A DNA stretch of 63,642 bases, the filler included, from Reticulomyxa filosa (lineage: Eukaryota; Protista; Foraminifera): NCBI GenBank assembly GCA_000512085.1. It is 19 parts of 19 records of this genome, joined end to end, with 100 filler letters (N's around TTAATTAATTAA, not from the genome) between each part and the next. Parts side by side here need not be neighbours in the genome. Positions count along the whole stretch, not along the records: positions 11,490 to 13,547 come from ASPP01044261.1; positions 13,648 to 15,882 come from ASPP01014246.1; positions 15,983 to 17,252 come from ASPP01029363.1; positions 17,353 to 18,369 come from ASPP01041483.1; positions 18,470 to 21,277 come from ASPP01024828.1; positions 21,378 to 28,332 come from ASPP01007714.1; 13 more parts are not named here. The stretch is one strand, 5' to 3'. Positions 11,490-24,731 of this stretch are shown here, piece by piece (the stretch's first letter is position 1; every line of letters starts with the position of its first letter). Below the pieces are notes generated by a model, which saw nothing but the letters and a program-made list of their open reading frames with translations, had not been told where the DNA came from and did no database searches. The position numbers and the translations under genes were made by a program.

Positions 11490-13547
11490 TGCATTTGCTG
11501 CTGCAATACTAACATTTTCACTATTCTTTGATGCTTCAATGATCCGAAACAATCTTGATTTCAAATTTACATATATTGGGTTGTTGTCATGAATTCTTTC
11601 GGCAATGAATTGAATAATTCCCAATTCGTCATTTAATAATTTATAATTGATGGATAATTGTTGGACACATGTTTCAAATTGTTGTTGAAATTGTTGATTA
11701 TTAACATCAATCACACTTGGCTTCCATGAAATAATATCAAATATCATTTTTTGTGCTGCATAATATTCTTGACATGATTTGTGTAAAAATTGATATTTAT
11801 TGTCACTAACCCTTCTTAATACATATTTTGCAACGCTATCACCATTGAAATACTTTTCCCATGTATCTGACGTTTTTGTAGCTGATATTTTAATATCATT
11901 TATTTTTGTTATTTTTGATACATTTTTAGCCACATTGCTACCACCAAAGTATTTTTTCCAAAAAGTACTTTTATTTTCATTTTCCATTTCTGGATCGAGT
12001 TTACTCCAAATTTCACCGTCATTATTTTCATATTGGGATTCTAGTTCAACAGCAACTTGATTTCCTTGATAAAACATGTCAAATCCTAAATTAAGACAAT
12101 ATTGTCTCAATGTAGATTTTACTTTGTTGAAATTCATTTGTATTCTTAATTCTGCCAATTTAGAAACAATATTTTGGCTATGAATATCAATCCATTGATC
12201 ATTGAATACTTCATATACTTGTGCTTTTGAGATTCTGCTTCCTGTACCATATTGTTTCACTAATAATGGCAATACAGTTAAAATAAGCTGAAGAAGAAAT
12301 GGTTCTTCTATCATTTTCTGTAAATTTGGATAATTGTTCAGTGTTTCTTCATAAGTTTTAGATGTCCAATCATTATTATTCTTATTTTTGGATTTCATTG
12401 TCGCAAATTTTTCAATATAATTATAAATTTGTTGTTTTGTAAATGGCCACAAAAACATCATTGACGTTTTTATATCTTGATCTTGATTTTGATTTACACC
12501 AATTAAAGTGTTTTTAATATCTTTATCACTTAATACTTTACTTCTACAAGTGACAATCACTTTTGCATTCCATTGATTTAAATTGAAACGATCATAGAAA
12601 TATTTATCATTGTTATCACTTTGATTATATTTATCAAAAACTTCATCAAAACCATCCATAATAAATACAAATGATACTTTTTCACGAATCGCATCCATAC
12701 TTTCTTTGCTGATATGCTTGCCTTGTAAAGCTTGTAAAATGATATCTTTTTCATTTTTTGAATTATAAATTTTTGAAAAAGAGATATACACAGGAACAGA
12801 TTGTTTTGGATTATTTTTATAATTGTTCCATAATATTTCTTCCAAATGACGACAAAATATGCTTTTTCCTGATCCTGATTTTCCTTGTATTATCATTACT
12901 TTTCCTTGTTGTCGTTCACTTTTTTTTTCTTCTCCTTCTAAAAATTCAATGATATGTTGATGACAATCAAATGTATCATTTTTTTCATTATTGTCACCGT
13001 CATATGGATATGTATTTGCTTGTAATGGAATGTATGTTTCCAATGCTTGTGATATTGCAATATCTTCATCCATTTCTTGTTTTCTTGATTCTTGTAATAA
13101 TAATGCAAAGTCGGCACAACTTGCTGGATTCTTGTCTCCAATGATATATTTTTTATAGTATTCATATAAAATCATATAAATAGCTTTTCCTTTTATTTTC
13201 TCTGGAGTGAATTTACATAATTGTTCATATACAAATTGTGCTATTTTCAATGATACATCACTATTAATTTCCAATTCATTTTTAGATAGTTGTGGTGGCT
13301 TCAATATTCCAATATCCAAATGTGATCTATAACGATTTGCTATTTTTTGTATTCCTTTGTCATCAATCCACTCACAAATGATGTCATTAATTTTTGTCAA
13401 AGTGTCATCACTTGCTTGTTTTAAGTCTTCTTCTGAATTCTTTGGTTTCCATGCCCTGATGTGCTCATAAAACAAATGACTTAATTTTGGATTCTCAATT
13501 ACTGTGTATCCTTCCAATGTTGTAAAATTTTTCAATGTTGCTTGCAT
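11490..13547 (-). CDS. NACHT NTPase (STAND) NLR-like protein, N-terminal/central part (spans the entire contig)
   Basis: Walker A GKSGSGKS, Walker B FIMDGFDE, VIVTCR, PFLL and FLHKSCQEYY. Paralogous to 3-3185. Confidence 0.93.
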
Positions 13548-13647
13548 NNNNNNNNNNNNNNNNNNNNNNNNNNNNNNNNNNNNNNNNNNNNTTAATTAAT
13601 TAANNNNNNNNNNNNNNNNNNNNNNNNNNNNNNNNNNNNNNNNNNNN

Positions 13648-15774
13648 AGGACATTAATTCGAGACACTTTGGAAGCAAAGAAGATAAAGAATTTACAGCA
13701 GAGTATGCGCAATTGCGAAAAGTTGAATTTTTTTTTTTTTTTTTTTGAAAATAATCTTTTTTTCTTTAATTGCTTGCTTGTGTGTGTGTTGGTAGAAACA
13801 AAGCGAAATCGCATTTATGTACAAATCGTTTCATACCAAAGTTCGAAAAATCTTAGATTTGACAAAGCATCAAAGCAGCGGTGCCATTCCCGAGTATTTG
13901 GAACGGCTGCTCGTGCAAATAGACTTCAACGACTATCATTTGAATAGCAACAACAACGGCGCCGTCCAAGAGTTGCCCATTCAACCGCCGTTGTTTGTGT
14001 CGGTCGTCAATGAGATCAAAAATAAGGGAAAACACAAAGATACTTCGCTATATCAATTCGATGGTCGACGCAAGCAAAGTCTTGCCACGTCGTCTGTCGA
14101 CGGCGCAGATGAAAAAGAAAAGGGCAATCCTTTGTTGAAGAAACGCTTTTCGAATTCGATGGCATTACCTCGAAAAAAAATTGAGGTATTTTTCGATTTA
14201 ACACATATATGTACATAAGTGTATATGTACATAAATATATATGTACATAAATGTATATGTACATATATGTATGTGTACATATATGTATGTATAATATACC
14301 ATATGTATATAGATGTGCATATATGCAATGTATTTTAAACTTGTTTTGCAGGCAAATATAAACACAAAATGCAATGAAATAGGACAAAGTCTCGGGGATA
14401 TCTCTGAGTTCGAGTAACAACAATAGTCGACCGTCCAGCCGTGGTTCGTCTTGCAATGAGAAAGACAAGCCGTTTGACAAGCAAAGCAATGGCAATGTCA
14501 ACAGCAATGCGAATGGTAACGCAAATGGCAATGCGAATATGCCGCAGTTTACATTCGACTCAGCGACGCTGTTGATAAACAAGACCATGTCGAATACCGA
14601 CAACAATGCGAAACGGACTTTCTCGACAACGTCAAAGTTGACAAGCGATATCAACTCGACGTCACATGACCGATTGACCAATGAAACGCTGTCCAAATTG
14701 GACAACGTGTTGAATTCGATGAATTCCCTTTCAGTTGTGTTCATTTTTTTATTATTATTTTTTTTTTTTTATATTTTTAAAAATAAATATAAAAAAAAAG
14801 AATATACCCGGTCGTCGAGAAATGGACAAGGATCGCAAGAAAAATCCGTCGAGCAGTGGACGCAATTTGATGGAAACGCCAATAGGCCCTTCCTCGATGG
14901 AACTGCTACTAAAACAAGCCAAAGAGTTGTCGCAGCAAACGCAGACCAAGCGCGATATCCAAAGCAATCAGGGGGCCAGAGATACCATTGAGCAAAAAAA
15001 AGACGAGACCAAATGGGAACGAAACCAGTCTGTTGACATTGGAAAATTATTGAATAATCAATTTCCCGCATCTAAAGTGTTTTTTTTTTTTTTTTTTTGC
15101 TTACACTTCAAATGTACCCCCCCTTTTTTTTTTTATATATGCATATATAAAGTTGGACACGACAAATATCCCGACGTCTCTTTTGCCGACCCCATTGGTT
15201 TCCAATCGAACCGCTTCGAAGACTGGACTTGCACCGGTTCATTCGACCAACGCACATGACGACTCCACGCTGGAGTCGGCACGGTCTCGGAAGCCGTTGT
15301 CATGGATTGACACAACTCACGCCAAAAAAGTTGGGTTTGTTTGAGTGTCCAAGTGAAAAGAAAAAAGGTGGTTTGCATGTTCAATTGTTGTTTGTTTGTT
15401 TTGGTGGGCTTGACTTGATTTGTTGCGAACAGAAACGCAGTCGCAGCTCATCCCCTCCGGCACTGTTTCATCCGAATTTGGTGACCTTTGACATGAATGC
15501 TGACAAGGCCGCTGCAAATGATCCCAACGCTTTCAAAAAAGAATTTGATGCTGCTATGAAAGACTTGTCGCCTATCACGTATCCCGCTGGAAATCCTGTC
15601 CTCGTTGACAATGCAAAGATGGCGCCGTTGAGTCTTCACGATAATCGTGGGCTGGTGACTGATTTTAAAACTAACCCTGCTTCCGGCTCAGACGGTAATG
15701 TGTGGCCAAATAAGTTCACTCCGACACCTTTGTTGAATCTTCAAAACAAAGCGAAACCCTTCTTGGATAAGTGA
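13648..15774 (+). CDS. Multi-exon gene fragment; possible gamma-tubulin complex (GCP/Spc97-98) C-terminus followed by a long Ser/Asn-rich tail
   Basis: YLERLLVQIDFNDYH resembles the GCP terminal L..LL.R(L/I)DFN.YY motif. GC-richer exons are separated by poly-T and (TA)n introns, with a stop at 15774. Confidence 0.45.
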
Positions 15775-17352
15775 ATGCAGAAACTTGCTTGACACATTCA
15801 CTCAATACAAAGTAAGACTGAAACGTAGCAAAAATAAATGGAGCTTTCCTTGCTTCAAAAAATGTTTATTTAAAAAAAAAAANNNNNNNNNNNNNNNNNN
15901 NNNNNNNNNNNNNNNNNNNNNNNNNNTTAATTAATTAANNNNNNNNNNNNNNNNNNNNNNNNNNNNNNNNNNNNNNNNNNNNAAAAAAAGTACACATTAG
16001 AATAATTTTAGTTTAGCACCACAGAAAAAACAAACAGGTTAAAAAATAGAACTTTGCGTGCTCTTCCCCTTGACAACTCTGAGAAATAATGTCAACAAAC
16101 AATGCTCAATTATTTTTTCAGTATAAGCTTTCATCTTTGATAGTTTTGTCGCTTTTGACCCACTTCCAAAGACGAACAGATAAGTCTCCATCACCAAAGC
16201 TGGACACTTGCGACTTTGTGATTGGAGCAAAAGAAAAATCATGTGTTTGTGTCACATCCAGTTTCCCCTTTTGTGTCTATCAAACGAAAAAGGTGAATCC
16301 AATGAAAATAATTGTGTACACATATATACATATATATATTTGATTATTACTACGATTACATGTCACATACACATATATCTATTAATCTAGGACGCTCTAA
16401 CATTGCCACCAGATCAAATAATTGAAGTAATGGAACTACACTCCCAAGGCTACTCAAAAGACGATAAATTGGTAGGTTGGTACAAGACAGACACGATACC
16501 AGAGTCATCAATGTACAAGTTGTTGCAAGGCGAAGAGGTGAAGATTGCGAGTTTGGAAATTTGAATCCGTGGTCATTGAGTACTCACTCGATGGAAAAAA
16601 GCGGAAGAGATTGTGAACACGAGAATACAAATGAAAAGACGAATTGGACAGAGTTGTTGACATATTGAATGATGGCTGAAAATAATTCAACAAGCCTAAG
16701 TGAAATGGAAAAGCAAAGTTTGTATGGCATTGATGGGACAAGATATCAACGAATATGTTGGAGCGGTATAATCGAAGATATACTTGCATTAACTGGGCAG
16801 ACAATTGAACAAGTGAACGGACAACGAATGAGGATCGTATTGATGTTCTATGTGCAATATGGACCAACGAACTGACGAAGAAAGTGTTTGGATATCATTT
16901 TGTCTATTTCAAACAAAAAAAGACCACAAGGACAAGGACAAGGAATAATCAAAATAGTAATTATTTACTTCAAGTATTGGTCCAATTGATGATTGTTCAG
17001 AAAGTGGGAGAAAAAAAAAATAAAATAAAAACAATGATCTGATCAAGATGGAGACAAGTCTATGGCAAATGCAAATAAATAAAATATTTGAATTGGAGAT
17101 GTAAAAATAATGTTGAAACCAAAGTATGAAAAGTATTGGCGGAATATGTTTGTATTGTGCAAGCAGATTAAACATATTGTGATTGAGCTATGCGAGTTGC
17201 GATGTATGTAGCAGAGCAATGCCGTATGGACACACACACACACACACACACANNNNNNNNNNNNNNNNNNNNNNNNNNNNNNNNNNNNNNNNNNNNTTAA
17301 TTAATTAANNNNNNNNNNNNNNNNNNNNNNNNNNNNNNNNNNNNNNNNNNNN

Positions 17353-18057
17353 ATGATATCTCGAGCGGCTATCCACAAACGCGTTCGCAAGTCCGTCGAC
17401 GCCTCAATCGATGATGGGTTGCAAGTCCCAAGAAAAAAAAAGTGGTCGATGAATGGGTTAGTCGTATTGTCAATGCCTGGACTATTATGGGCTGTGTCTA
17501 TCAACAGCACATCGCACAAGCCCCAATATCAACAAGCACCATCAACTACTTCCAACAACAAACAAGCCACTACTATCCACCAACATATCTACCAACATCA
17601 TTTACCAACATCATCCACCAACATCATCACCAACATCATCCACCAACATCATCACCAACATCATCCAATACAGACAGCAGCTACATCAAAAAATTTTGCT
17701 GCAACTGTCTGTCTAAACATAAGTCGCCGAATTGAACGCACAAGGCGCACAACCACAAAGGTATAAGTAATTTTTTTTCTTATATATACGTTACCTATTT
17801 TTGGAAGATGTATAAATAAAAAACAAGTACATGTACATGTTTTTTATTTATACATCTTCCAAAAAAATAATGTGACATTATGCTTATGTAAATTGTATGT
17901 TATGTATATAATAAAAAATATTTAATAGAACGATACTCGGGAGCTTCATAACGTGCTAACACAACAGCACCGACGATGGTGGCGATGACAATAACGTGGA
18001 GTGGCTTTTGATGTTGTGGAAATTGTAATTGCAGTGGCCACGACCACAAGACAAAGG
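17353..18057 (+). pseudogene. Possibly frameshifted PTSS-repeat (mucin-like) protein fragment
   Basis: Imperfect 12-bp tandem CACCAACATCAT units at ~17575-17665 shift frame. Putative intron ~17761-17928. Confidence 0.3.
17798..17865. repeat. 68-bp near-perfect palindrome (34-bp arms, 1 mismatch)
   Basis: TTTTTGGAAGATGTATAAATAAAAAACAAGTACA | TGTACATGTTTTTTATTTATACATCTTCCAAAAA. Confidence 0.95.
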
Positions 18058-21000
18058 TAAGAAGTTCTTTAACCAAATCTATTTATTTTTTGTATTGTGT
18101 AAACAATAAACAATGTTTGTTTGTGTATTTTGTTCATATAGTGCAAGCAGAAACAAGAAGAAAAAGAAGATAAGGGGTAGAATCCACCCCGTCTCCGAAA
18201 GGAGAAAAATTGGTTTGTCTTTCTCTTTTTTTTTTTAAACAAATATATTAACTTGCTGTATGTTGTTTGATATAGGCATTCCCCCGTCGACAAAGATTTG
18301 CCCTGCCCCAGTTTTTCCCCCACCTCACACACAAACAAAAAAAAAGACAGGGGTTGAACTCCATCCCGCNNNNNNNNNNNNNNNNNNNNNNNNNNNNNNN
18401 NNNNNNNNNNNNNTTAATTAATTAANNNNNNNNNNNNNNNNNNNNNNNNNNNNNNNNNNNNNNNNNNNNAAAAAACATATACATATATACATATTTTTTT
18501 ATACTTATCCTCCATACATCAAAACAAAACTTATTGTTAGTGTGCTATCAAAGGAAAAAAAAGATTACATTGGATATTCGTGTGCAGCAAAGGTCCGGCA
18601 AAATAAGTATGTTTTTCCACAATGGGGAGGAGGGGAAAAGGTTGTTAATAATAGAGTGGAAAAAAGGGATAATAAGAAAAAAAAATGACAGAAAAAGATA
18701 AAAAAGATAAAAAAAAAGTATAAAAAAAAGTAAATAAAAAAGAAAAAGATAGTGTAAAAAGAAAAAAAAGATCATAGTGAAAGAAAAAAAAGACTAAGAA
18801 TAAAAAGAAAAAAAAAGAACAATAGTAAAAAAGATATTAATTAAAATTTTATTTTTTTTAATTTATATTTTGTATGGGAGCTATGACTCCAAAAATTATT
18901 ATTGTTATCACATGCTGATAACAAATATCAGTTAAGTATTTTTTATTTTATTTTATATGTTCGTTTGAAAAAAAATATCTTTGATTTTCCAGTCAAAGCT
19001 ATTGTATGTTATCACATAAACGCTAATTGTTGTTTTTTGGTGTATTGTGGCTTCCTTGCGTCGTGATAGAATTAGTGATGTTTTGAGGCCAAGTGTATTA
19101 TTCGTCGACATATAAATGGCAAATCAAGTGTCAACAAATTTACCAGCAAATTAATATTCTTATCTATCAACTTAAATCCAACAGTATCCACATCAATGTC
19201 GCTGACAAGACTTACGACAATGCAACTCACACTCACTATTTGTAATTGTAGCGATAAAGAAAGAGGATGTCCTTTCTCAAAATTGCCTCTAACTTTATGA
19301 CCGACATCATCAAAAGTGGGCTGCAAGTCAATGAGAGAATGATCCAAGCATATGATATTTAGTGGTTGAGTCTGTTCGATATATGCTGATTGCCAGGATT
19401 CATCAACAATTGAAGGTTATATCCGCAATCAAGTGAACTGCGCTATGTACGGACTGTAAAGATCATAACGTAGCTGACAGTGTCACAATTTTTTTTAGTA
19501 TACGTCCAATCTAACTGCCGTTCAATGGGCTTCCACTTTTTTGCCGACGTGAATGCATGGAATACACGTATTGCGATTTAATCTCAAATTGTTTTTCTTT
19601 GTTAGAATCTGATGGACACAGTTTTATGAATGTACCTGTGGTTCCATGTGCTTGAATACCACGTTATGCAAAATCCCACCAACAATATCTGCGACAAACT
19701 CTCCAGTACACATGCATTTCCTGAAATTAATCACGACACCACAAAGCCAGAACGGTTACTAGTAACAACAGCAGCACACCGTCCAGTTCAATTGGTTCAA
19801 GCATTAATTGAAGAAAGATCGCACTCCGAACAAATTGCACTTCCATGCTATTCGCAACCATCAACTTGCAGCTCTATTACGTCCATAATTACCGATAGAA
19901 TATGAACACTGGTCATACTTCTGAGATTATCTTCAATTTCAACGAAGCAGGATATCAATTGTTGCAACATCAGAACATTTTCACAAATTGAACATTGCCT
20001 TCAATATGTCATATCGATACTCGAATGGACAATCCTCACTCCAAGCAAGCAATCCTCTAAACAAAAGTGGATATCAATGGAGTAGCGAAAGTGGTTGCAG
20101 TTATTGTGACACGCACGAAAAGCCAATCATGTTCATATAAGCGATCGAAATTAATCCGAGCACTTCCTCTTTTCTCAACATCACCGATCCCTCCACAATA
20201 ATCTCCAATTTGTGGTTATTATTTGTCTCGTTTCGTGTGTGCTATAGATTGAAGTAATCCAAAAAATTTATGTGTCAAGGATTATATCCACATGAAACAT
20301 TGGGCCAAGTGAAAGCGCTAGGGATGATCAACAAGTTGTCCAAAGCAGCGTTGACATAATACACAGCCATTTGCAGACTATATCTTGGTTGTTGCTTGCA
20401 AGCACTGAATTCTTGGATGTGTTGAAAAGCAGCAAACATCGTATCAGATAGTATTTGTACTATTGTAGATACTTGTGTAAGTATTCTCGACAATAACTCT
20501 ACTCATTACTTCTGCTGCCCAAATTATCTCCTCTCCAAATTGTGTCGCCACAGAAAGTCAAACATTGAACGTACTAGCATGTCAATTCATTGATATCGTC
20601 GTCGAATATCATGTTATTAGACGAAGGCATCACAAGGAAAAACGATTTGAGCAAAGTCAGCAATGTAATGAACAATTTTGCATGTGGAAACGTGGCAAAC
20701 AAATAAGATGGAGATCAAGATCGGCAATCTTGGAAACTGCTCAATAAATTGATCAAGCACCATCTGAGGAGCAAGCTACAACCACATTGCTGGTCATAAA
20801 TATAATCGCAGCGAAGATGAAGGAAACAATGTGAATTTATATATCCGTCGCAACGCTGTTAGTATCCAGCCTTCTCGGAATATCGCAATTACCACTCAAA
20901 GACAGGTTGCTTCATGGTTAGGTCCACACACCAACACATGCAACCCAAGAAAAAAACGAGAAGACAAAAAAAAAAATACGAACATCGATTTAAAGAATAG

Positions 21001-21392
21001 CAGCCACTATTTAAAAAGGTCAGTGTGAATATATGTTGTTTGTGTCATATTTTCAGTTATTACAATATGCATCAATCAAGGCAATGTAAACATATGTCCC
21101 TTTCTTGTGAAGCACTTTAGTGTTGGTTTGGGTGAGAAGAAGAGGAACAAGAGATTAATGGAAAAAAAAAATAGAAGAAAGAGTAAATACGAAAATGTGG
21201 ACCAATAATTTTAGGATGGCATCGACTACTTCAAACAATATGACAAGTGGCAATGGATCGCGTGTAAGAGGAACGACNNNNNNNNNNNNNNNNNNNNNNN
21301 NNNNNNNNNNNNNNNNNNNNNTTAATTAATTAANNNNNNNNNNNNNNNNNNNNNNNNNNNNNNNNNNNNNNNNNNNNTGTGTGTGTATGTAG

Positions 21393-22046
21393 GGAGGGGA
21401 GAACAAAACTCTAACGACGAAAAGCGAGGCAAATGAAAGCAAGCAACAATGGAGCGGGACGAGCGGACATGTGCCATGCCTCAGCATTCCCATGAGACAG
21501 GCAGTGAAGAGACCATATTCTCAAATGATTAAAGGCGCGCATGAAAACAGCGAAAGTAAGAGCGAAGCGGGAATGCACGTCGACATGCAAGTACAAATGG
21601 AGCAAGCAAATGACATTGAAAACAAAAGAATGAAAACAAGTGTGGAAAAAGAAAGAGAAAAAACGGGAATAAAAAGCGAGATCGAGACAAATAAACAAAG
21701 CAATGATAATAATAATAATAATATTAATAATAATAATAATAAATATTCAAGAAAAGTAGAAAAGAGAATGGATGAAGACAATAAGAGGAAACGACAAGCA
21801 ATTATAAATATATTGAGTGATGATGAATTTGGTCGAATCAACGAAAATGGTAATGGCAATAGCAATGACAATGACAATGACAATGACAATGACAATAATA
21901 GCATGTCTTCCAGTCCGTCCCCTGCAATTACGTATACAAAATACAACTCCAAAAAAGATCCGACGAAGCATGGACACGATGATGAAAATGAAGAAAGAGC
22001 ATGCACGAATCGTCTCTCAACTCAAATTGAAGTGTCTCACAATGAC

Positions 22047-22102
<56 letters not shown>

Positions 22103-22976
22103 TGGAAATGAGAATGAGAATGAGAATGATAAAGATGACAATGATGGAAGTGAAAAAGCAAAGAAGAAAAGTAAATGGACAAACAAGCAACTGACTCCAA
22201 AGCAAAGACAAAGACATGAGAGCGTGTGCAAGAGCAAAGCCAAAGGTGCGCCGCACCACCTTCACGAAGACGAAACAAAAGCGAGCAGTGATGGCATGAT
22301 AGATAGGGTAGAAGATATGATGGATAGAATGGGGACTGAGGAAAAGAAAGCAGAGCAACGTAATGGTCATTGTGTTGTTGTCCATGACAAGCATATTATT
22401 GCCTCCACCCTTTCCAATTTAAATTTAAATTCAAATTCAAATGCAAATGCAATTGCAAAGATACAAATGGATTCGAATGAATCGATTGATGGAAAAAGTG
22501 TAAGCATTGGCGTGAACACGGACCATTTCAAATCATTCCTGAGCAAGTCCATTGTCGGAATGGTTGACCGAGGTTGTCAATGTGCGTTTGATCACAACGC
22601 CGACGATTCCGTTTCTTGTCAAAAAGAATATCAACATGAACACGAACATGCACATGAACATGAAATAAAAAAAGAGGAAATAACAACATACTCTTCTGTT
22701 TTGCCATCCAATCCGTTTGAAGTTAAGACAACTGATCTTCATTATTGTCAACTCATGGAACATATGAAAAGGGCCCAACAATCGTTACAAAAAGTTCGAA
22801 CTTTTATTCGAATCCTCCCAACACAATTGACGCCCCTCTTCCCCCTCCCACTACTTCTGACACACATCTGCAACTTCAAAACATTTTTCAAAGTCACACT
22901 CCCAATGAACCGTGTCATGATATGGAAACCCACATGCGACTGTGGGGAACTTTCATCAATGTTATACAAACTATGA
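21393..22976 (+). CDS. Low-complexity Asn/Asp/Glu-rich hypothetical protein, 3' part
   Basis: Long open frame after an AG acceptor at 21391-21392, with poly-Asn (AAT)n and ND, NE and HE repeats. Confidence 0.6.
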
Positions 22977-23745
22977 AAAGTCAGTAACTCTTTTTTTTTT
23001 TTTTTTTTTTTTTGGATCCATTTTTAAAATAAAAATAAAAAATAAAAAAAAAAGTCAGCCACTCTTCTTGCAAATGCATCTGTTGGACCACATTGTCTTT
23101 TTTTTTGTTTAGTTGGTTTTGATTTGTAAGAAATCATTCTTCTCTCAACAAATCATTCTTTTAACATTGGAAAAAAAATAAATAAACACGACACTTTTTA
23201 GATATATATCGATTGCCAAGCCATTTTTTTTTTTCCTTCTCGTTGCATTCTCTGCTACTCTTTCATACTACTGTCTTATTCAAAACAGCTCTGGCGTTCT
23301 TTTTTTTTTTTTGTTTTCAAAATTCTTTTGTTATTTAACTTGACAGAAATTCTGCACTTTTCTCTTCGTCATTAATTTATTTCTTTTTTTTGATAAGAAA
23401 GGAGAACATTGCTTTCATGTTTTTTACTTGTAAATTCATTTGCTTTCTCTTTCAAATCGATTATTTAGGTTTATTGTAAATTTCTTTTTGTATTTGTTTG
23501 TTATTTACGTTTTTGCTTTCTTTTGTATTGTGCTATTTTTCACTAGATTATTTAGCTTATCTTTATGCAACTTCATTGACAATAGCACGTGTTTTTTTAA
23601 AAGGAAGGTCCGTTTTTCAAAAAAAAAAGTTTCTCGGCTTAATAAAAAAAAAAAGAACTGCACTCGTTGAAACTTTGTGACTCCTTGTGAAGACAGTACA
23701 TCTTCAGGTTATGAACTTACAGCAATGACAATAAAAGCAAATTAG

Positions 23746-24093
23746 GAACAAAAAAAAAGAATTGAATATAATCGATCAATATCTCCTCATTTAACAACTT
23801 ATAAATGGCCAATTGCTGGAATAGCTTCAGGTGTTGAACGTATTACCACAAGTATTTTAACAATAGCATTTATTATAACAACATTACCAATTATTATTAA
23901 ATCAATTAAAAATGTTACAATTATTCATTCCATTGTTAAAGGTGGTTTAGCATTTTCATTTACATATCATGCTATTAAAGGTAGTATTCTCCACCAAATT
24001 AAAGTTTTATCTATACCATCAGTAAATAGATTAGCAATCATTTCTTTTGGAAGTGGAATTTTAGCTTCTTTTTTTACTTTTTTTATTTTATAA
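23746..24093 (+). CDS. SDHC: Divergent succinate dehydrogenase cytochrome b subunit (SdhC/Sdh3); 5' end unresolved (in-frame TAG or splice acceptor at 23743-23745)
   Basis: Translation EQKKRIEYNRSISPHLTTYKWPIAGIASGVERITTSIL...FTYHAIKG...: carries the R..SPHL..Y, S...R.T and heme-ligand YH..G motifs plus three hydrophobic helices. Not in the ORF track. Confidence 0.75.
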   Translation, partial: EQKKRIEYNRSISPHLTTYKWPIAGIASGVERITTSILTIAFIITTLPIIIKSIKNVTIIHSIVKGGLAFSFTYHAIKGSILHQIKVLSIPSVNRLAIISFGSGILASFFTFFIL

Positions 24094-24731
24094 TTATTTA
24101 TAATTTATTCTTCATCTTATTTAGAGATTCATTTCAATTTTTTTTTCAATTTAAATTTAGCATTTTTTAATAGACATTCCTTTTCAAATTTCAATCACAA
24201 ATACAGAAAAAACAAAGCAATTTAACTCTAATATTGGATGAAAATTAAACGAAAAATAAAAAAATCACTTCAAGTGAATTCCGAAATTGCAATCACAATA
24301 AGCATCTGTAATGGGAATTTATTTACTGTTGACTGTACTGAATTCAAAAATCATATAAAAAAAAGTACACGATTTGTAGAATAAAAAAAATTGAAACATA
24401 AGCCCATCAAAAGCTTCAAAACAGAGTAATAATATGCTATTTATTTGTGTATCTGAAAGTAAATATATATATTATTTGAAAAATAGCGTATCATATCTTA
24501 ATATTTCAAATCCTATGTCTAGCTTTTATAGACTTTGCTGATAAATTATAATATGCAAAGCTTTTTTACTGTTTTTATAATGGACTCTTGTGAGAATAAA
24601 AACGTATAATTTTCAAGAACACTAAATCAACTTTAATAAAAGATTTTTCATTTATCTTATCAAAGTAAGGTAAAAAAGTTGTCAAAACAAACTTTTGTTC
24701 AGTCATTTCTTAAAAAACTCATACATATGTT

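Noticed and set aside
3-13547. The two NACHT fragments as halves of one gene or an inverted duplication
   Set aside because: They overlap in homologous region but differ substantially in sequence and lie on separate contigs, so they are paralogs with arbitrary orientation.
14200-14330. (TA/CATA)n tracts (also ~37740, 54915, 55340-55540, 55920) as hairpin RNAs
   Set aside because: They are ordinary intronic microsatellites whose self-complementarity is trivial.
16390-16900. Possible transposase or gene fragment
   Set aside because: Coding-like composition, but stops in all frames and no identifiable motif.
21521-22394. Antisense and alternate-frame ORFs with poly-L/I/Y runs
   Set aside because: These are shadows of (AAT)n and hexamer repeats in the plus-strand gene.
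23743-23745. Stop-codon reassignment (TAG read as an amino acid)
   Set aside because: Long ORFs elsewhere have no in-frame TAG/TAA, and TAG ends other genes (e.g. 44539). Splicing or mutation is the simpler explanation.
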